Made by a program: the position numbers and the translations under genes. A DNA stretch of 64,000 nucleotides from Folioceros fuciformis (taxonomy: Eukaryota): assembly GCA_049999805.1 (NCBI GenBank), contig JBNGIO010006396.1:123775-187774 (forward strand). Direction: 5' to 3'. Positions within the stretch are counted from its first letter, which is position 1. Each line of letters begins with the position of its first letter. Under the pieces are notes generated by a model, which was not told the origin of the DNA, ran no database searches, and saw nothing but the letters and a program-made list of their open reading frames with translations. This document shows positions 33,459 to 47,156 of this stretch, in pieces.

Positions 33459-34829
33459 GCCCTTTTTTCGTAAGGTGCTCGGACGCATAAATGTAATGGG
33501 GTGGATTAGGAGCAAAGTAGACGAGCCACATTGTTATCCCTTTTTTGAGCTCTTAGCTTTTTTTTGCATCTTGAACCTTCCTACAAGCATCTATGTATCA
33601 AATCACCCTATGTAGCACACTCGCTAGAATCCTTGAGATTGTGCTCTGTTGAGGATTTCGTAAGATAGTTGTTACGTCAAGAGCATTTGAAGCCTCAATC
33701 CCACATAGTCCTTGTAGCTTCACTTGTAGCTTCAGAAACTCCCTAGCTCAAAGTTTCTTTTCGCCATTCAACTACTTTCGCCACCTTTTCAAAGCATGTT
33801 TGCTTTCCCCATTCCACTGGAGTGTCGTGCTATAGCCAGCAGTCGAATGTTGTCGAGTCTACACTGTCAACAAACCATTCTCCATTTCATCAACATTTTC
33901 ACGCTAGTAGGAGTTAGTCATAGCCTATCGCTTTGTGAGATGCAAGGACCAAGAGCATTCCTTACAACCCTTACTGGCTACATGACTATTGTGAAGCTTT
34001 TTATAACTATATTATCATACAGAAAATAAATAATTAGTAGGCTAGAAGATAAAAGTCGTAAGATGTTTAATTTGATGAACAAGACTTAGAAGAAGCATGG
34101 ATTGATTAATGTTGGCAAGGTTCACTTACTCTTAAGAATATAACATTCTGCCATACTGAGCTAGAGTTCTAGGTTGGCAAGCAAACCCAATAGAGGTGGT
34201 AATATCACTTTTGTACTAGGGGCATTACGTGCTATGGGCCTCCTAGCTAAGTGCTAGGGTACTCCTAGTTAAGTGCTAGGGTCCTGTGCTAGAGAAGTGA
34301 ACATAGAGTATATTCAATATTGAGAAGTGCACATGCGACGGCGTCAACGAATGTTTCCAAAAGTATGTGCAGTTAGGTACTTAGGTGGGCCCTTAATGCG
34401 TTAACGGCAGCGCGAAAGGCGTTGTACATGACCCGTGGCGCTCATTGATACAGCTGATTTTGAAATTTGAAATTAAGGGAAAAAGGGTCACTGTAGGAGA
34501 TCGTGTCTCCAGGCTAGCCGTCTTTGTTTGAAGTGGCGGTGTGAACAGTGATAATCATCCAGCCTCTTTTGATCGCCCGCCTTGGCCTGAGAGGGGGAAG
34601 TCGCTCAGATTTCTGACGCGGAGTCAGAGGAGACGAGCACTCTCTATCTCCGCCTCGGCGTCTCGAGCTGAGCTCCGAGGAGCGCTCGGCTGTGTGGTAC
34701 GTGTGCCGTATTTGTCTCCTGCACTCTCGTCTGGCGTGCGAGACTGCGGCTGTCCTCGGTGAGTGATCAGGCCGGCATTGCCACTCCAGGCTCGCTTTGC
34801 CCTTCGTTGAGGAGCTCAGATTTGCACTC

Positions 34830-35777
34830 ATGTCGGAAACTGCGCTCCGGAAGCTCAATTCGGTGCATCTGGCGGATAGGCGCACCAATCATCGGAAGAA
34901 GGTGGCCATGAAGGTGCAGGTGGCCCTCAACGATGAGAACTTGGACATCAATAGGGACGTCAAAGCCAATGGCCATAGCAATGCTAATGCGGCTAGTGTG
35001 GATGGTGCTGGCGGCACCCTGGCTGCTGACGAGCCTGCCTCCCCCGACATCGAGTACGTGCTCTCGGAGCACTTGAAGGACCTGGAGGATGCGCCGGCGC
35101 ACCTGAGCACCCTAACAGCCAGGCTGGACTCCAAGGAGTGGCTCACAGCCTGGGAGGCCCTCAACCACACCAGGCAGCTCAGCATCTTCCATGCTGCGGC
35201 CCTGCGGGAGTATCTCACCGACGTGGTGGCCTTGGTGATCAAGGCGGTGAAGAATCCCCGGAGTGCGCTGTGCAAGACGGCTCTCATGGCGTCGGCGGAT
35301 CTTTTCAAGGCGTTCCATGATGAGATGCTGGAGTTCTTGGACCCCCTCCTGTTGCAGCTCTTGCTCAAGGCATCGCAGGACAAGCGATTCGTGTGCGAGG
35401 AGGCCGAGAAGTCGCTAGTGGCCATGACACTGTTGCTGTCTCCAACTCCCTTGCTCCTCAAGCTGCAACCGTATGCCGCGCACAAAAACCCGCGAGTGCG
35501 GGCCAAGGCTTCCATGTGCTTGTACAAGTGCGTCACCAGGCTCGGAGTGGCGGGCATGAGGGACTATGGCTGGAAGCCCCTGTTGCAAATGGGAGCTTCG
35601 CAGCTCAATGACCAGCTTCCAGAGGCCCGTGAGGCAGCTCGGAAGCTGGTTCTCGACATCCATGCCGCCTTCAGGCAAGATCTCCAAGACCAGGAGCAGG
35701 TCCACTGGGAGGAACTTTGCACCAGCAACCTCAACTCCCTCACGGCACAAGCTGTGATTCGAGTCACCTCTGGTTGA
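34830..35777 (+). CDS. ARM/HEAT-repeat TOG (CLASP N-terminal-like) protein, intronless
   Basis: MSETALRKLN...LDSKEWLTAWEALNHTRQLSIFH...KNPRSALCKTALM...LLKASQDKRFVCEEAEK...HKNPRVRAKA...LNDQLPEAREAAR fits the small plant TOG/CLASP_N family. Confidence 0.88.
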   Translation: MSETALRKLNSVHLADRRTNHRKKVAMKVQVALNDENLDINRDVKANGHSNANAASVDGAGGTLAADEPASPDIEYVLSEHLKDLEDAPAHLSTLTARLDSKEWLTAWEALNHTRQLSIFHAAALREYLTDVVALVIKAVKNPRSALCKTALMASADLFKAFHDEMLEFLDPLLLQLLLKASQDKRFVCEEAEKSLVAMTLLLSPTPLLLKLQPYAAHKNPRVRAKASMCLYKCVTRLGVAGMRDYGWKPLLQMGASQLNDQLPEAREAARKLVLDIHAAFRQDLQDQEQVHWEELCTSNLNSLTAQAVIRVTSG

Positions 35778-36616
35778 AGATGCCTGTTTTTTTGCCTTGT
35801 TTTTGCAGAGGGGGAACTGCGGCAGTCTGCTTGCTCCATTGGGATATCACTTTCTAAGTAGGTTTCATCCTGAGAGATGCCCCGAGTTCTTGCCACTGTA
35901 AACTACTCGAGCAAGGTCTCCCTCAAGTACAATGCGCGATGCCTCTGCTGCCTCTGTACACTGCCCTAGCATTGTCATCTGCAGCATTTCTACTCATCTG
36001 GAGACAAGATTTGTAGGACCTTTAGCCTGTTTTGATTGATAGGTGGCTCCCACTCTGAACACATTCCTCTTGTCCCCTTGTGGTTTCATCCCGTTGCCGT
36101 CATTGTGCACGAATTCCGTGCTATCGAAATCTTCCCTAGAGATTGGCACTTGTGAGAGGGATGATGGAAACGGCTCATTTGTACAGCACTTCTACAGCAA
36201 TGGCAATTTCTTCGGCTGTTTTCATTTATCAGCTTTGTCTCCAGTGAGGACAGGTTTTTGGGACGATTTTAGTTAGTTATCTGCTTTGACCGTGACCGGC
36301 TACCCACAGGTGCAGCCGGCGCGTCCAGTTGGATGCCAGTGCCGTCCACGAAACAGGTTCCTGATTCCTCTTTAATCTGTGAAGCGATAGATGCCGCGTA
36401 AGCGCTGCCAGCGCATTTTCCTCTGGCCGATGCTTCCATTACCTGGCTGCTAGTCGGTGCGCCTCACAGGTCTATGAATACCTTGCTCCTAAGCAACTTT
36501 TTTGCAGTTCCTCTTGTTCTGTCTGGCAATTAAGAGCTGCTCAACTGTTTTGCAGTGGGTTTTTGAGGTCGTGACGGTGGTATTGGTGTGTACACCAGAG
36601 ACTGTCTTGGGCAGAA

Positions 36617-39600
36617 ATGGCTCAGAAATTCATGTTACCCGTCGATGAGGTTATGAAGGGTCCTGTTGAATACTGCCCTCCGGTACTATCCGGTATGTGA
36701 AAAGCTAGTTCTTCATGATATGAGCAAATTCTTTACTTTGCCGCTTACCGTAGCTCATGTTGTTTGTTGGATGCCCAGCCCCGAAGCTCTCAGGTTTCAG
36801 TCTCAAGTTGTTCACCTGGATGCTAGAAGGATGGATGGGGGGTCCAGTGATGTCGAGATTGTTGCATGACAATGGAGTTCCGAAGGTACGCTGGTGCAGG
36901 AGGCTCTGATGGACGTTTTCTCTGTGAAACTGTGACGTTTAAATTCTGAGCATTGCGTTGAGGTTTCGGTTGACAGGTTCTGTTGGGAAGAACTATCCCT
37001 GATGCTCCAATGTTCTATCCAGAGTATCCAACCGAAAGTACGTACGCAACGTAGCCCACGCTGCATATGTGCTTTGATGAATTAGTCCGATGTCACTCCA
37101 CTACCTGGTTGAAACTTCAGGAATGAACAAGGAAAACAATGTCAAGGTTCTAGAGGGGGCAAGCGACCCTCTCACTCGACTCAAGGCAGCTGAGGAGTGC
37201 CTTACTGCTCGTTCTTTAAGGACAGGTCCGGATTATTCTTGTCTGTACTGGAGCATACGGGACTATGCTGAAGCATATCGAACTCATCTCACATCTCCGT
37301 CTGAGGTACGCGTGGTTGCTTCGGCTCATCCAGCACAGCCTTCAGAACTGAGAACCTACTGGCACTGAGACTCCGGTTAGATTTATTGTGCTAGCATTGT
37401 CTAACTTCTGAGGACGTCCCAGGTTGTAGAGCGTTTTATTGCTGTGATTGAGGAGTCTCGACTAGCAAATCCACCAATGCATTACCTCATATCATTTGAT
37501 GCTGATGATTTGCGAAAGCAAGCAGCTGCGTCTACAGAGAGACTATGTTCAGGTTTGTGGACAACGGACTATCTTTGAAAGGCATCAAGCCTTTTTTCAC
37601 GTTTGTAACGTAGCCTAGTTTGAATGGACAGGAAAGCCACTTTCTATACTGGATGGGGTCCTTGTAGCTGTCAAAGATGACATTGATTGTCTTCCCCATT
37701 CCACAAGAGGTAAAGCCAGCAAACTCAAAGCTCAACATGGCGACCATTTACATACGTAGGCATTTGGGGGCCGCTTATGGACTGGGGATCACTTACATTT
37801 TGCAGCCGGTACAAAGTTTCTACATGAAGTGAGGCAGGTGACAGAGGATGCAGTCTGCGTGTCAAGATTGCGGAATTGTGGTGTTGTTTTTGTGGGAAAG
37901 TCGAACATGCACGAGCTTGGCATGGGCACGACTGGGAGCAACCCAAATCATGGGCAGGCATCTAGACTTCAGCTCTTCCAACCTTTTAATTAGGTGTTCT
38001 GCCAGTCATAGGGCTATCTGTTGACCGATAGCTGGTTGCTCTGTGCAGAGTGATGCGGAATCCACATGACACATTTAGGCATACTGGGGGCTCTTCTTCC
38101 GGGTCCTGTGCCTTGGTAGCGGCTGGTCTATGCCCTGCTGCGTTAGGAACTGATGTCGGAGGTATGGTTTAGATTCCTAGTGCTATGGCAAATTGTGTCC
38201 CCATGCAGAGGCTTGGCAGGCTGTCCCCTGTCCATAGCTCATTGAGCAATGTGTTCGTGTTAAGAGACCTGGCGAAAAGTGCTCTGCTCTGGTCAGCAGG
38301 CTACTTGATGCAAGGTCCTTGCAGTCACTTGACCAAGCTCAGGCTAGCTCTCAGTGTGGATTTCTGCCACAGGATCTGTGCGTATTCCAGCATCTTTATG
38401 CGGCACAGTGAGTCTGAAACCAACTTTTGGACGAATATCTTTACAAGGGTGCTACACCTATGTTCTGCCTCTTCATGCCCTCTTATTCTGATGACAAGAG
38501 CTTACCATTCTGCTTCCGTGCCCCAGCATTCATATGCTTGCTCACAACCCGTGATTCTTTGTTGCGGCAGAGTACTACCTGCTGGCTGGACGATGGAATC
38601 AGTAGGCCCTATAACGGCAACCGTGGAAGATAACTTGTTAATGTGAGAAGATGGCATAATGTTGCCATTGATCCTTCTGTGTTCTGTGTGGAGATATTTG
38701 TGCTTTAGTCCCAGGACCTCCAGGCATGCCCATTTCTGACTCAGGTTCCTTGTTCTTGAATGCAGGTACTCAGTGATGCTTGGCTTGCATGAGAACGATG
38801 TGGTGCACTCAAAACCAGTAATACGCATGACTCTCTGCTAGTTTTCACATATAGCTGCAATGGCACTGAACTGCTAGGAGATAGAAATTGCTTACCATTC
38901 ACCTCCAATTACTGTTCACAGTTTCCTCCATGCATTCCATCACTGGGAGATACCTTGGAGCTCCAATCTCTTAAAGTTGGCAAGTACTCAGATGTAAGAC
39001 GCAGAAATTATGCTTCAGATACCTTCTCCTTCAGTCAGTGGAATAGTACTATTACCGTTGTGCTGTGTGAATGAGCTTGGTCTAGACTTCTCCTCCAGTC
39101 AGTGGAGCAGTACATTTGTTACCTGTATTTCGTGTAGATTAGCTTGATGGCTATCATAAGCGTGGACATGTTTTTAATCTACAGTGGTTTTCGCACGTGT
39201 CTATTCCTGAAGTGTCTCAATCATGCTCCAAAACCTTGGAGCGTCTGAACGAGTTGTGTGGTGTGACTGTAAGTTCCAGCATTTGAATCATTCTCTTTCG
39301 CTGAGTAAGGGTGCAAGTTAGATCCAGCTCCTGTAAACCTGAAACTGCTGACTAGTTGCTTGGTACAGATCGAAGAGATTTCGATACCGGAAATTGAGGA
39401 GGTTCGTCTAGGACATCTTGCTACAGTAGGCAGCGAGTTTGCTTTGGCTCTAAACACCTATTATGGAAATGGGTAAGTTCTAAGTGCTATTTCGACAGGC
39501 TATCACATGTGAAGTCTTGTGCCGACCTTCTTCCCTTGAAGGTTTAACGCGTTCTGTGTTTGTGATGCCTTGCCTTTAGGAGAACCAAGATGGCATACGA

Positions 39601-40486
39601 GAGTCGATTGAATTTGTGTATTTTCAGACATATGAGTAGCACTCTATATTTGGCTGCCCAACGCCTCAGGTTCGAAGTTACTCTGTCGTCGTGGAAAACA
39701 ACTTATCCAGGTTATTTTCTAACAAGCATTCTACTGCAGAAGGCGCAGTATGTTCTACTACATGGAGATATTCAAGACTGTCGATGTCATTGTCACTCCC
39801 ACTACAGGGTAATAATGTCCGCTTGTATTAATGAAGTTCTGGCAGTAAGAACGATGCTGTCTCATCTAACACATCTTGAAAAATTCAGCATGACTGCACC
39901 AAAAATCTCACCAGGGTCGCTAAGTGTAGGCGAAAGTAACTTTGAGACGACCGGTGCGTATCAACCAGCTTCAATCATACAGCTTGAGAAATATGCTATT
40001 TTGAACCTGATCGTGGGACTTGTTGATAAACCAGCAAGTTTAATGCGATTTGTCACTCCTGGAAACTTTTTGGGTTTGCCTTGCGTATCCATACCGGTGA
40101 GTTTGTCTGGTGACATTCGGGAAAGTGTACTTCCTTGAGATTCCACAACGAAGTGTACGTGGTCTAGTCTGTGCCGTGATTGATGCTGACCCTCCTAGGC
40201 GTCCTTTTCCTCTTTTCAGGTTGGTCACGATACAAATGGCCTGCCTATTGGTCTTCAGTTGATCGGCCGTCCTTGGGAGGAGGCGACTCTCTTAAAACTA
40301 GCAGCAGCTGTCGAGGTACTCTTTTGAATGCCATTCCACGATGTAATTCTTCCATGGGTGGGTTTTGTCGGATGACCCAATCAGCACTCTTTTTTTCACA
40401 ATCGTTTGTAATCTTGCTAGAGAATTTGTGAGGAATCCCGGAAGAGGCCACGGGTGTTTCATGATCTGTTGCGGAAGACTGCTTGA
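36617..40486 (+). CDS. FAAH: Fatty acid amide hydrolase (amidase signature family), many short exons
   Basis: [82 protein letters not shown]; ends [10 protein letters not shown]. Confidence 0.92.
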
Positions 40487-40865
40487 GATAGGCATGTTTA
40501 AGTGACACGGTTTACCGAGATGAGAATGTATGCCATTTAAGTTTCTCAAGGAGGGCCAAGGAAGATTGCTCGCTGGAGCAAACCTTCAGAGGTTTTTATA
40601 AGTTTCCTCGTAAATTCAAACGAAACATGAATGCACGGTTTTGGGTGAGGATGCAAATTGAGGCAGCACCTTCACAAAGACTAACATCTCCCAAATTGCA
40701 CGGTTTTTCGCAACGCATTTCCAAGGCCTAGAAATGTGGTGATGACATGCAAAATCCTGAAACCTCTCTTTCCCTAGACGTTTTCGTTGAGGGCTGTGTT
40801 TTAATTATGTGCTGTTGTGAGCCATGTTTTGATTACGAGGTGTAAAAGCTCCTTCATGACGGTGT

Positions 40866-41220
40866 GCATTTGCGCCTTTCAGATACTATAAGAATAAGGG
40901 AACTATAAGAATCTCCTGATACAGGTTAATCACTACATGATGGTGTTGCAGCTTTAGAAAGTGAAGCATTTACTTTCTTCATATACCATAAAAATCTTCC
41001 CATAGCATCCCATTTCTCAAAGTTATAGCTTGTCATTTCAAATCCACAATTGGCATTCGTGCCTTTCAGATACTATAAGAATCTCCCCCACACACGTAAA
41101 TTACTACATGATGGTGTTGCAGCTCTAGAAAGTAAAGCATTTACTCTCTTCATATACCATGAGAATCTCCCTATAGCATCCCATTTCTCAAAAGCTATAG
41201 CCTTTCAAATCCACAACTGG
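40866..41220. repeat. About 190-bp imperfect direct duplication at the start of an AT-rich island
   Basis: gcctttcagatactataagaat...ctacatgatggtgttgcagct.tagaaagt.aagcatttact...catagcatcccatttctcaaa occurs twice. Confidence 0.85.
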
Positions 41221-41767
41221 GTAATTCTTAAAGTTGCAATTTGGCATTTCAAATCCACAATCGAACAACGTGGTCTTGCATATTACACACATGCCTCAAT
41301 TAGATTTCCAACAAGAAAATATACCTTCATTAAAGGAATGCATCCCAATATTTCGAAGAATGCACCTAAGAGAAAGCCTCAAAGGGAATTCATTCAAGAG
41401 AAAGCATTCGGGAGAATGCGAATGAGAGAAGACAAGCTCACATGTATAGAGGCCCTTTTAAACTAGTATTTTATGCTTACTACTTGAGATAGCTATAGCC
41501 ACGCCCACACGTCTAGTTTTGTGTTTATTCATAGTGTACTATATTATGCTTTCTAATGATCTTCATTAAATATTTTATTAATCATAATAAATCCTATTTA
41601 ATTATATAACTTAATTATTAACTAATTATTATTTGCATGTACTAGCACTAACGAGAACTCACGATATGCGTATACTTGTGCATTTAAAAAACTATTGATT
41701 ATAAAAATAATAATATTGCATGGCACATGCACTCATATTTTGATTATCTAGTGTCTAAAATGTTTTC

Positions 41768-41867
41768 NNNNNNNNNNNNNNNNNNNNNNNNNNNNNNNNN
41801 NNNNNNNNNNNNNNNNNNNNNNNNNNNNNNNNNNNNNNNNNNNNNNNNNNNNNNNNNNNNNNNNNNN
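41768..41867. other. Assembly gap (100 N)
   Basis: Run of N. Confidence 1.
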
Positions 41868-43007
41868 TTTAATTAACAGAATTATATTAATCGGCTTGGT
41901 CTTCTTCAACTTAATCACCACGATCAAGGTTATCCAAGAAACTAAAGGTCTATAACTAAGTCACATTCAACTTGTTTCAATAGGGTTGTCGAGAAGACTT
42001 CTACATGCTTGCCCAAAAATCAACATGATTGCACCAGAATGGAATGTATTATTTTCGATTATTGAAAAAGAGAGGGAAAGTCTCATCTACTCCAAAGATT
42101 AGAGGAACAAACAGCAAGGAAGTACAAGAAGCAACAACCAGCCACTTGCACTTTGTCAATCCTTGTTCTCTTAGCAATGAGCCTACCATAGAGAATGAGT
42201 ATTCAACTTCCTTGGATTGTGGTTTGTGGCTAACACTCTATTCTTTTAAGGTCTCTTAACTAGGAAACTCAACATGCCCCTTGTGCCACAATCAACTCTT
42301 TGGGTTATTCGACTATTCTGTCTCTGGAGTAAATGAGATTTTCCATCTTTTTCTCAAGATTGAAAAATGACCTTGGGTTGTTCCTCCACATCGTTGGAAG
42401 AATGACCTTAAGTTATTTCTCCACATCTTTGGAGTAGATGAGATTTTCATCTCTGTTTCAATAGTAAAAAATAACCCTAAACATTGTAACCAATCTCATG
42501 TGTATTGGGCTGTATAACAATAAAAATTAGTCATAAAAAATAAGTTTAAGTTGTTCCTCTGCATATTTGGAGTAATGAGATTTTCCATCTCTTTTTCAAT
42601 AGTAAAAAGTAACCCTAACGCTATAACCAATCTAAAAAATAACCCTTACGTTATAACCAATCTAATGTGTATAGGGCTGTGTATAAATAAAAATAAAAAT
42701 TAGTAATAAAAAATAGCCCTTACACCACACCCAATCCAATATGTATTGGTCTTTGTAAAAATTAAATCAGGGCACTATGGATTTTGATTAAGTATCCAAT
42801 CCCAATAGGGCATAGGCTTTCTTTAATTGGGTTGCGCTACTCTTGGGTTCATGCAGGCCGGGCATACCTGCACTCTAGGGCTATTCTAGGGTTTGGAGAA
42901 ACGTGAGGGGAGGAGGGCTGCAAGTATCACGAATTGCCTGACTGAAACGCCAAGGGCAAAGGAATTTGGTTGTAATGAGATGCCGTCTAATTTAACTAAC
43001 GACGTTA

Positions 43008-44559
43008 ATGGAGCCCGGCTGGAAGTCCCATCCACCAAATCGAGATGGGTGGCCACTGTCGGGTCTGGATGTGTGTCGATCGTACACGAACCAAAAAAGT
43101 TTTACTGAAGGGAGATCGTATCCGGAACCTGAGCTAGGGTTTGAGAAGGCTGAGGGGGACGTCACCAGGTGCTGCGACTGCGGGATGGTGAAAAGCAAGG
43201 CTTCCGAGAGCACGCGAGGGGACACGCGACGTCGGCAGAAGGTTCACGATTCAGTAGCATTGGTGGTAGCTCACCTGTGTCATGATGCTAGGGATGTGAG
43301 TTTGCATCACAACCTTGTGCACCATGCTCCCTGCTCTGTGGCTGTCGCAGACACGGCTTTGTGGCGCGGAATCGCTGAAGAGACCCTGGCGCGGAATCGC
43401 AAATCGAGGAAGCGACGCAGGTACGATTTCAAACCTGCCGGTCTCCGGCGCTCAGAGCTGGATAGCTGATGCCAATGTGGCCTTGTGGTGCAGAGGGTGT
43501 GTGGAGGTGAAGCTTGGTAGCAGGGTGAATTGGAAGGCTGGAAGGATTTATAGAGTACCCGGCCGGGGCCGCATAGTTTGCATGGGTTTGGTGAGGTATA
43601 GGGTAGATTCGGCGCAAAGGACACTGCGGCGCCTTCCAGACACGTCAGTCACTTTGAAGAAACGCAGCAGCATTTCGAGTGATAACTCTAAATTGCGTGT
43701 GCTGCTTGCCACCAAGAGACCAGATTACCTCAGGGTTGGTGATGGGAATAAGCTGGTTCGAAGATTGAAGCCTCCGACTCGGGTGCTTGGCACCCAGAGA
43801 AGATGGACGCTGCAGAAGGCGAAATGGACTCTTCAAAATGCCCGAACTCACCGATTGCGAAAGCAGTACTGTCAGTTCTTCACAAGGTTTGGGAAGTGCG
43901 ACAGGGGCGAGGGCAAGTGTCCATACATTCATGATGCTGACAAAATTGCTGTCTGCACACAGTTTTTGAAAGGCACTTGCAGGAATGAGGGCTGCCTTCT
44001 CACGCACAAAGCCATACCGGAGCGGATGCCTGACTGCCTCTATTTTCTTCAGGGTCTCTGCACTAACGAGGAATGTCCATTCAGGCATGTGAAAGTGAAT
44101 GCGAATGCTCCTGTGTGTGACCAGTTTCTGCGAGGGTACTGTGCAGCGGGAGATAACTGCAATAAGCAGCATACCTTTGTTTGTACTGTCTATTCGGACA
44201 CTGGTCACTGCCCTGAGGAGGGTTCGTGCAAGCTGCATCACCCCAAACGGAAAGAGGCTCCCGTCCAAAAATTAGCTGGATTGAAAAGGCAGCGGAGACA
44301 GTTTGGTTGTGACAGTGGGATTGTGAGGGATAGTGGGGATTCTGACTCCAGTGAAGTTGATCAGCTGTTCAAGCGGCTCAAGTTGTTTCCAGCCCCGCAG
44401 GAGTTTTCCTTGGAGGCGTTTTTGTCCGACATGGGCGAGGGACCGTGTGAGTTAGATAGGCTGATTAAGCCTTCATTTTTACTACCTCCGTACCGCTCTT
44501 GTTCCAGGTCAGCGGGACACGAGGTGAGTATGGGAGGTGAGGTTGCAAGGTCAGGCTAG
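43008..44559 (+). CDS. Five-CCCH zinc-finger protein (ZC3H3 / plant C3H7-SOP1-type C-terminal cluster)
   Basis: YCQFFTRFGKC...CPYIHD..KIAVCTQFLKG.C...CLLTHK.IPERMPDCLYFLQGLCTNEECPFRHV..VCDQFLRGYCA.G..CNKQHTFVC...C....CKLHHP. A phase-0 GT-AG intron at 43242-43350 joins the 43008 and 43315 ORFs in frame. Confidence 0.85.
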
Positions 44560-45171
44560 TTTGGTCCTAATGTTTTGTTTCTAACTTGTTTGATTGTTTG
44601 TGGGGAGCGTGCTTCGGTGTTCTGCCCGGCCACCTTTGTAGTCACGTAATATTAGGTACTCAGAAACTGCACTTCTAGCCCTCCTTGTACTCTCGAACTC
44701 GCAGAGAGTTCTACATACATGTATATCAACACCCTTTTAATTCTGTCCCCCAAGCGTACATAACGCGAAGCAGGAATCCTCTCTTGCTACTGGTTTGTTT
44801 TAAGGGTTACCAGCAATTGCAATCTGGTTTCTCCAAGTCTAGATTCTCCAAGTTTTGGGACAAGAGAAACTTGGTAGTAGTAGTATTGGCAGTTCTTTGG
44901 TTATGATATAGAACTAATAAAGAACATCTTTGTCTAAAGTATAGAACATACTTATATATCTGCAATTTATATTATGTATGTATGAAAGTTTTTTTATATA
45001 ATTTGTTCATGAGAGTTCTTCTGGATGATCCATTAGTGTCTATCCCAGTTATTTGTGTAAGTTGTCTATAAGACTTCTCTTGCATGATCTCTCTGTAAGT
45101 GTTTGTGGAGGTTTATTATGTGTAGTTTGTCTATGATTTTGCTGTATAATCTATTTATGAGAGTTATGCTA

Positions 45172-45490
45172 TGTAATTTGTCAATGAGATGAGAGTTCTC
45201 TAGTGTAATTTGTCAGTGAGATGAGAGTTCTCTAGTGTAATTTGTCAGTGAGATGAGAGTTCTCTAGTGTAATTTGTCTATGAGATGAGAGTTCTCTAGT
45301 GTAATTTGTCAGTGAGATGAGAGTTCTCTTGTGTAATTTGTCTATGAGATGAGAGTTCTCTAGTGTAATTTGTCAGTGAGATGAGAGTTCTCTTGTGTAA
45401 TTTATCTATGAGATGAGAGTTCTCTAGTGTAATTTGTCAGTGAGATGAGAGTTCTCTTGTGTAATTTGTCTATGAGATGAGATTTCTTCT
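45172..45490. repeat. 32-bp minisatellite, about 10 copies, with degenerate shorter units on both flanks (about 45000-45720)
   Basis: Unit gtgtaatttgtc(agt/tat)gagatgagagttctct(a/t) starts at 45203, 45235, 45267 and onward. Confidence 0.95.
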
Positions 45491-45997
45491 ACTAATCCGT
45501 CTATGAGATGAGAGTTCTTCTATTAATCTGTCTACGAGAGTTGTCCAATGTAAATTATCTATGAGAAGTCTCTTGTGTAATTTGTGTATGAGAGTTGTCC
45601 TATGTAATCTCTGTATGAGAGTTGTCCAGTCCAATCTATAAATGAGAGTTGTCTAGTCCAATCTATATATGAGAGTTTTTGTAAGTAATCTATCTATGAG
45701 AGTTATATAGAGAGAGTTGTCAAAATCCATACTAGGATACGGGTATGGGACACTGTTTGTAGTGGGACACTGTTTGTAGTCTGTGAAATTTGCCTTTGAG
45801 AGTTCGTTTTCGTGTTATCTATGATAGTGTGTAATACATCTATGAAAGTATAATTAATCTATAAAAAATATGAAACTCTATTTAATCCACCCATGAGAAC
45901 TCTTCAATGTCATCCTGTCTCTAAGAAATGTTCTTGTTCTCTATCCATAAATCTCTCCTTTCTAGAATGTTCTAGAAAGTTCTTTCACAGGACTCAA

Positions 45998-46110
45998 CCC
46001 AAGCTTTAATGAAGCCAGTACCAAAAAGTTTTCATGTTGCTACCTAGGCAACTCATACCCAAGCTTTAATGAAGCCAGTACAAAAAGGTTTGTAGGTTGC
46101 TATCTAAGCA
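45998..46110. repeat. 60-bp-period direct duplication
   Basis: cccaagctttaatgaagccagtac.aaaa.g..gttgcta.cta.gca occurs twice. Confidence 0.85.
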
Positions 46111-46395
46111 CCTCAGGATATGGAAAACACGGACTCCTTGTCCTAGGAGCCCAAAGTGAAGAGACAGGACCCACAAATCTTTGACCAAATGGTGGTAGCT
46201 GGTGAAGAAAGCTTGGCATAGTCTTGAAGAGACAGGGACTAACAAATCTTGACCACACGTTTGTAAGTGGTGAAAAAAAAACTTGCAAAGACTTGAATAA
46301 ACGTCACCCAATTTGGCTTATTAAGAATGACGTCACCAGAAACTGTGCACACAATAGTCAATCCAGCAGCAAGAGAGATGGCGATCAGATGTGCT

Positions 46396-47156
46396 CTACA
46401 GTTTTGCTGTTCCTATCGTGAATGTATGCTTAGCGAGGTAGACTGTGACTCGGCCTTGGGACAGAAGGGCTTTTGTTGCCTTGTTTCTGAGGTCAACAGA
46501 TGCCACTGCCATGGTGCTCCCAGCTCTCAAAACTCGGGCTTCCAGTTCCACTTCTTGCTGCAGTAGAGGCAAAGTGCAAAGCAACTGTAAGGGTCCTCGC
46601 TTGTCTACATGACGAGCACACACTTGAGGTAAAGCGTCATTTTGAACTCATCCCTCACATTCATTGCAGCCCCGGATAAGTAGGAAATGTTGATGTCGCT
46701 GGAGGTTCCCTTTTTCAACCCCACGATTGTCTTCACCGCTCCTACTGCAAAGACATCAATCAGCGTTGCTATGGCCCCTCCATGCAAGGTGCCGTGCATG
46801 TTCTGCAGCACGATCCATGCATTGTGGTCAGTCCACATCAGTAACTCCTCCTCCAGCTCCGCCACTGGTTGTGTGGAATAGATGGCTCCTCAAATCTGAG
46901 GCAGCCGATACAAGCAGGGCCAGAGAGCTCAGAGAACAGGGCCAGGGAGGAAGACACAAACCCTTACCGTAAGATGAGGAGGCACCCGGAACGTTGCCAC
47001 CATACGCCCTGGCTCGCTGAAGCTGTATGCGACGTCCTTGACGATGCAGCTCTCAAACTGGTTCAGCTCTTCCGGAAATTCCAGAGACCCTTTCGAAATC
47101 AGTGCATTCTTCCATTCCGTCACATCTTTTGAAGCGGTGGCCTTCTCTTCCGCCAT
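46396..47156 (-). CDS. PaaI/ACOT13-like hotdog-fold acyl-CoA thioesterase, peroxisomal (ends AKL), 3 exons
   Basis: PGRMVATFRVPPHLT|NMHGTLHGGAIATLIDV...GTSSDINISYLSGA|..ELEARVLRAG..AVASVDLRNKATKALLSQGR...TAKL*. Confidence 0.88.
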
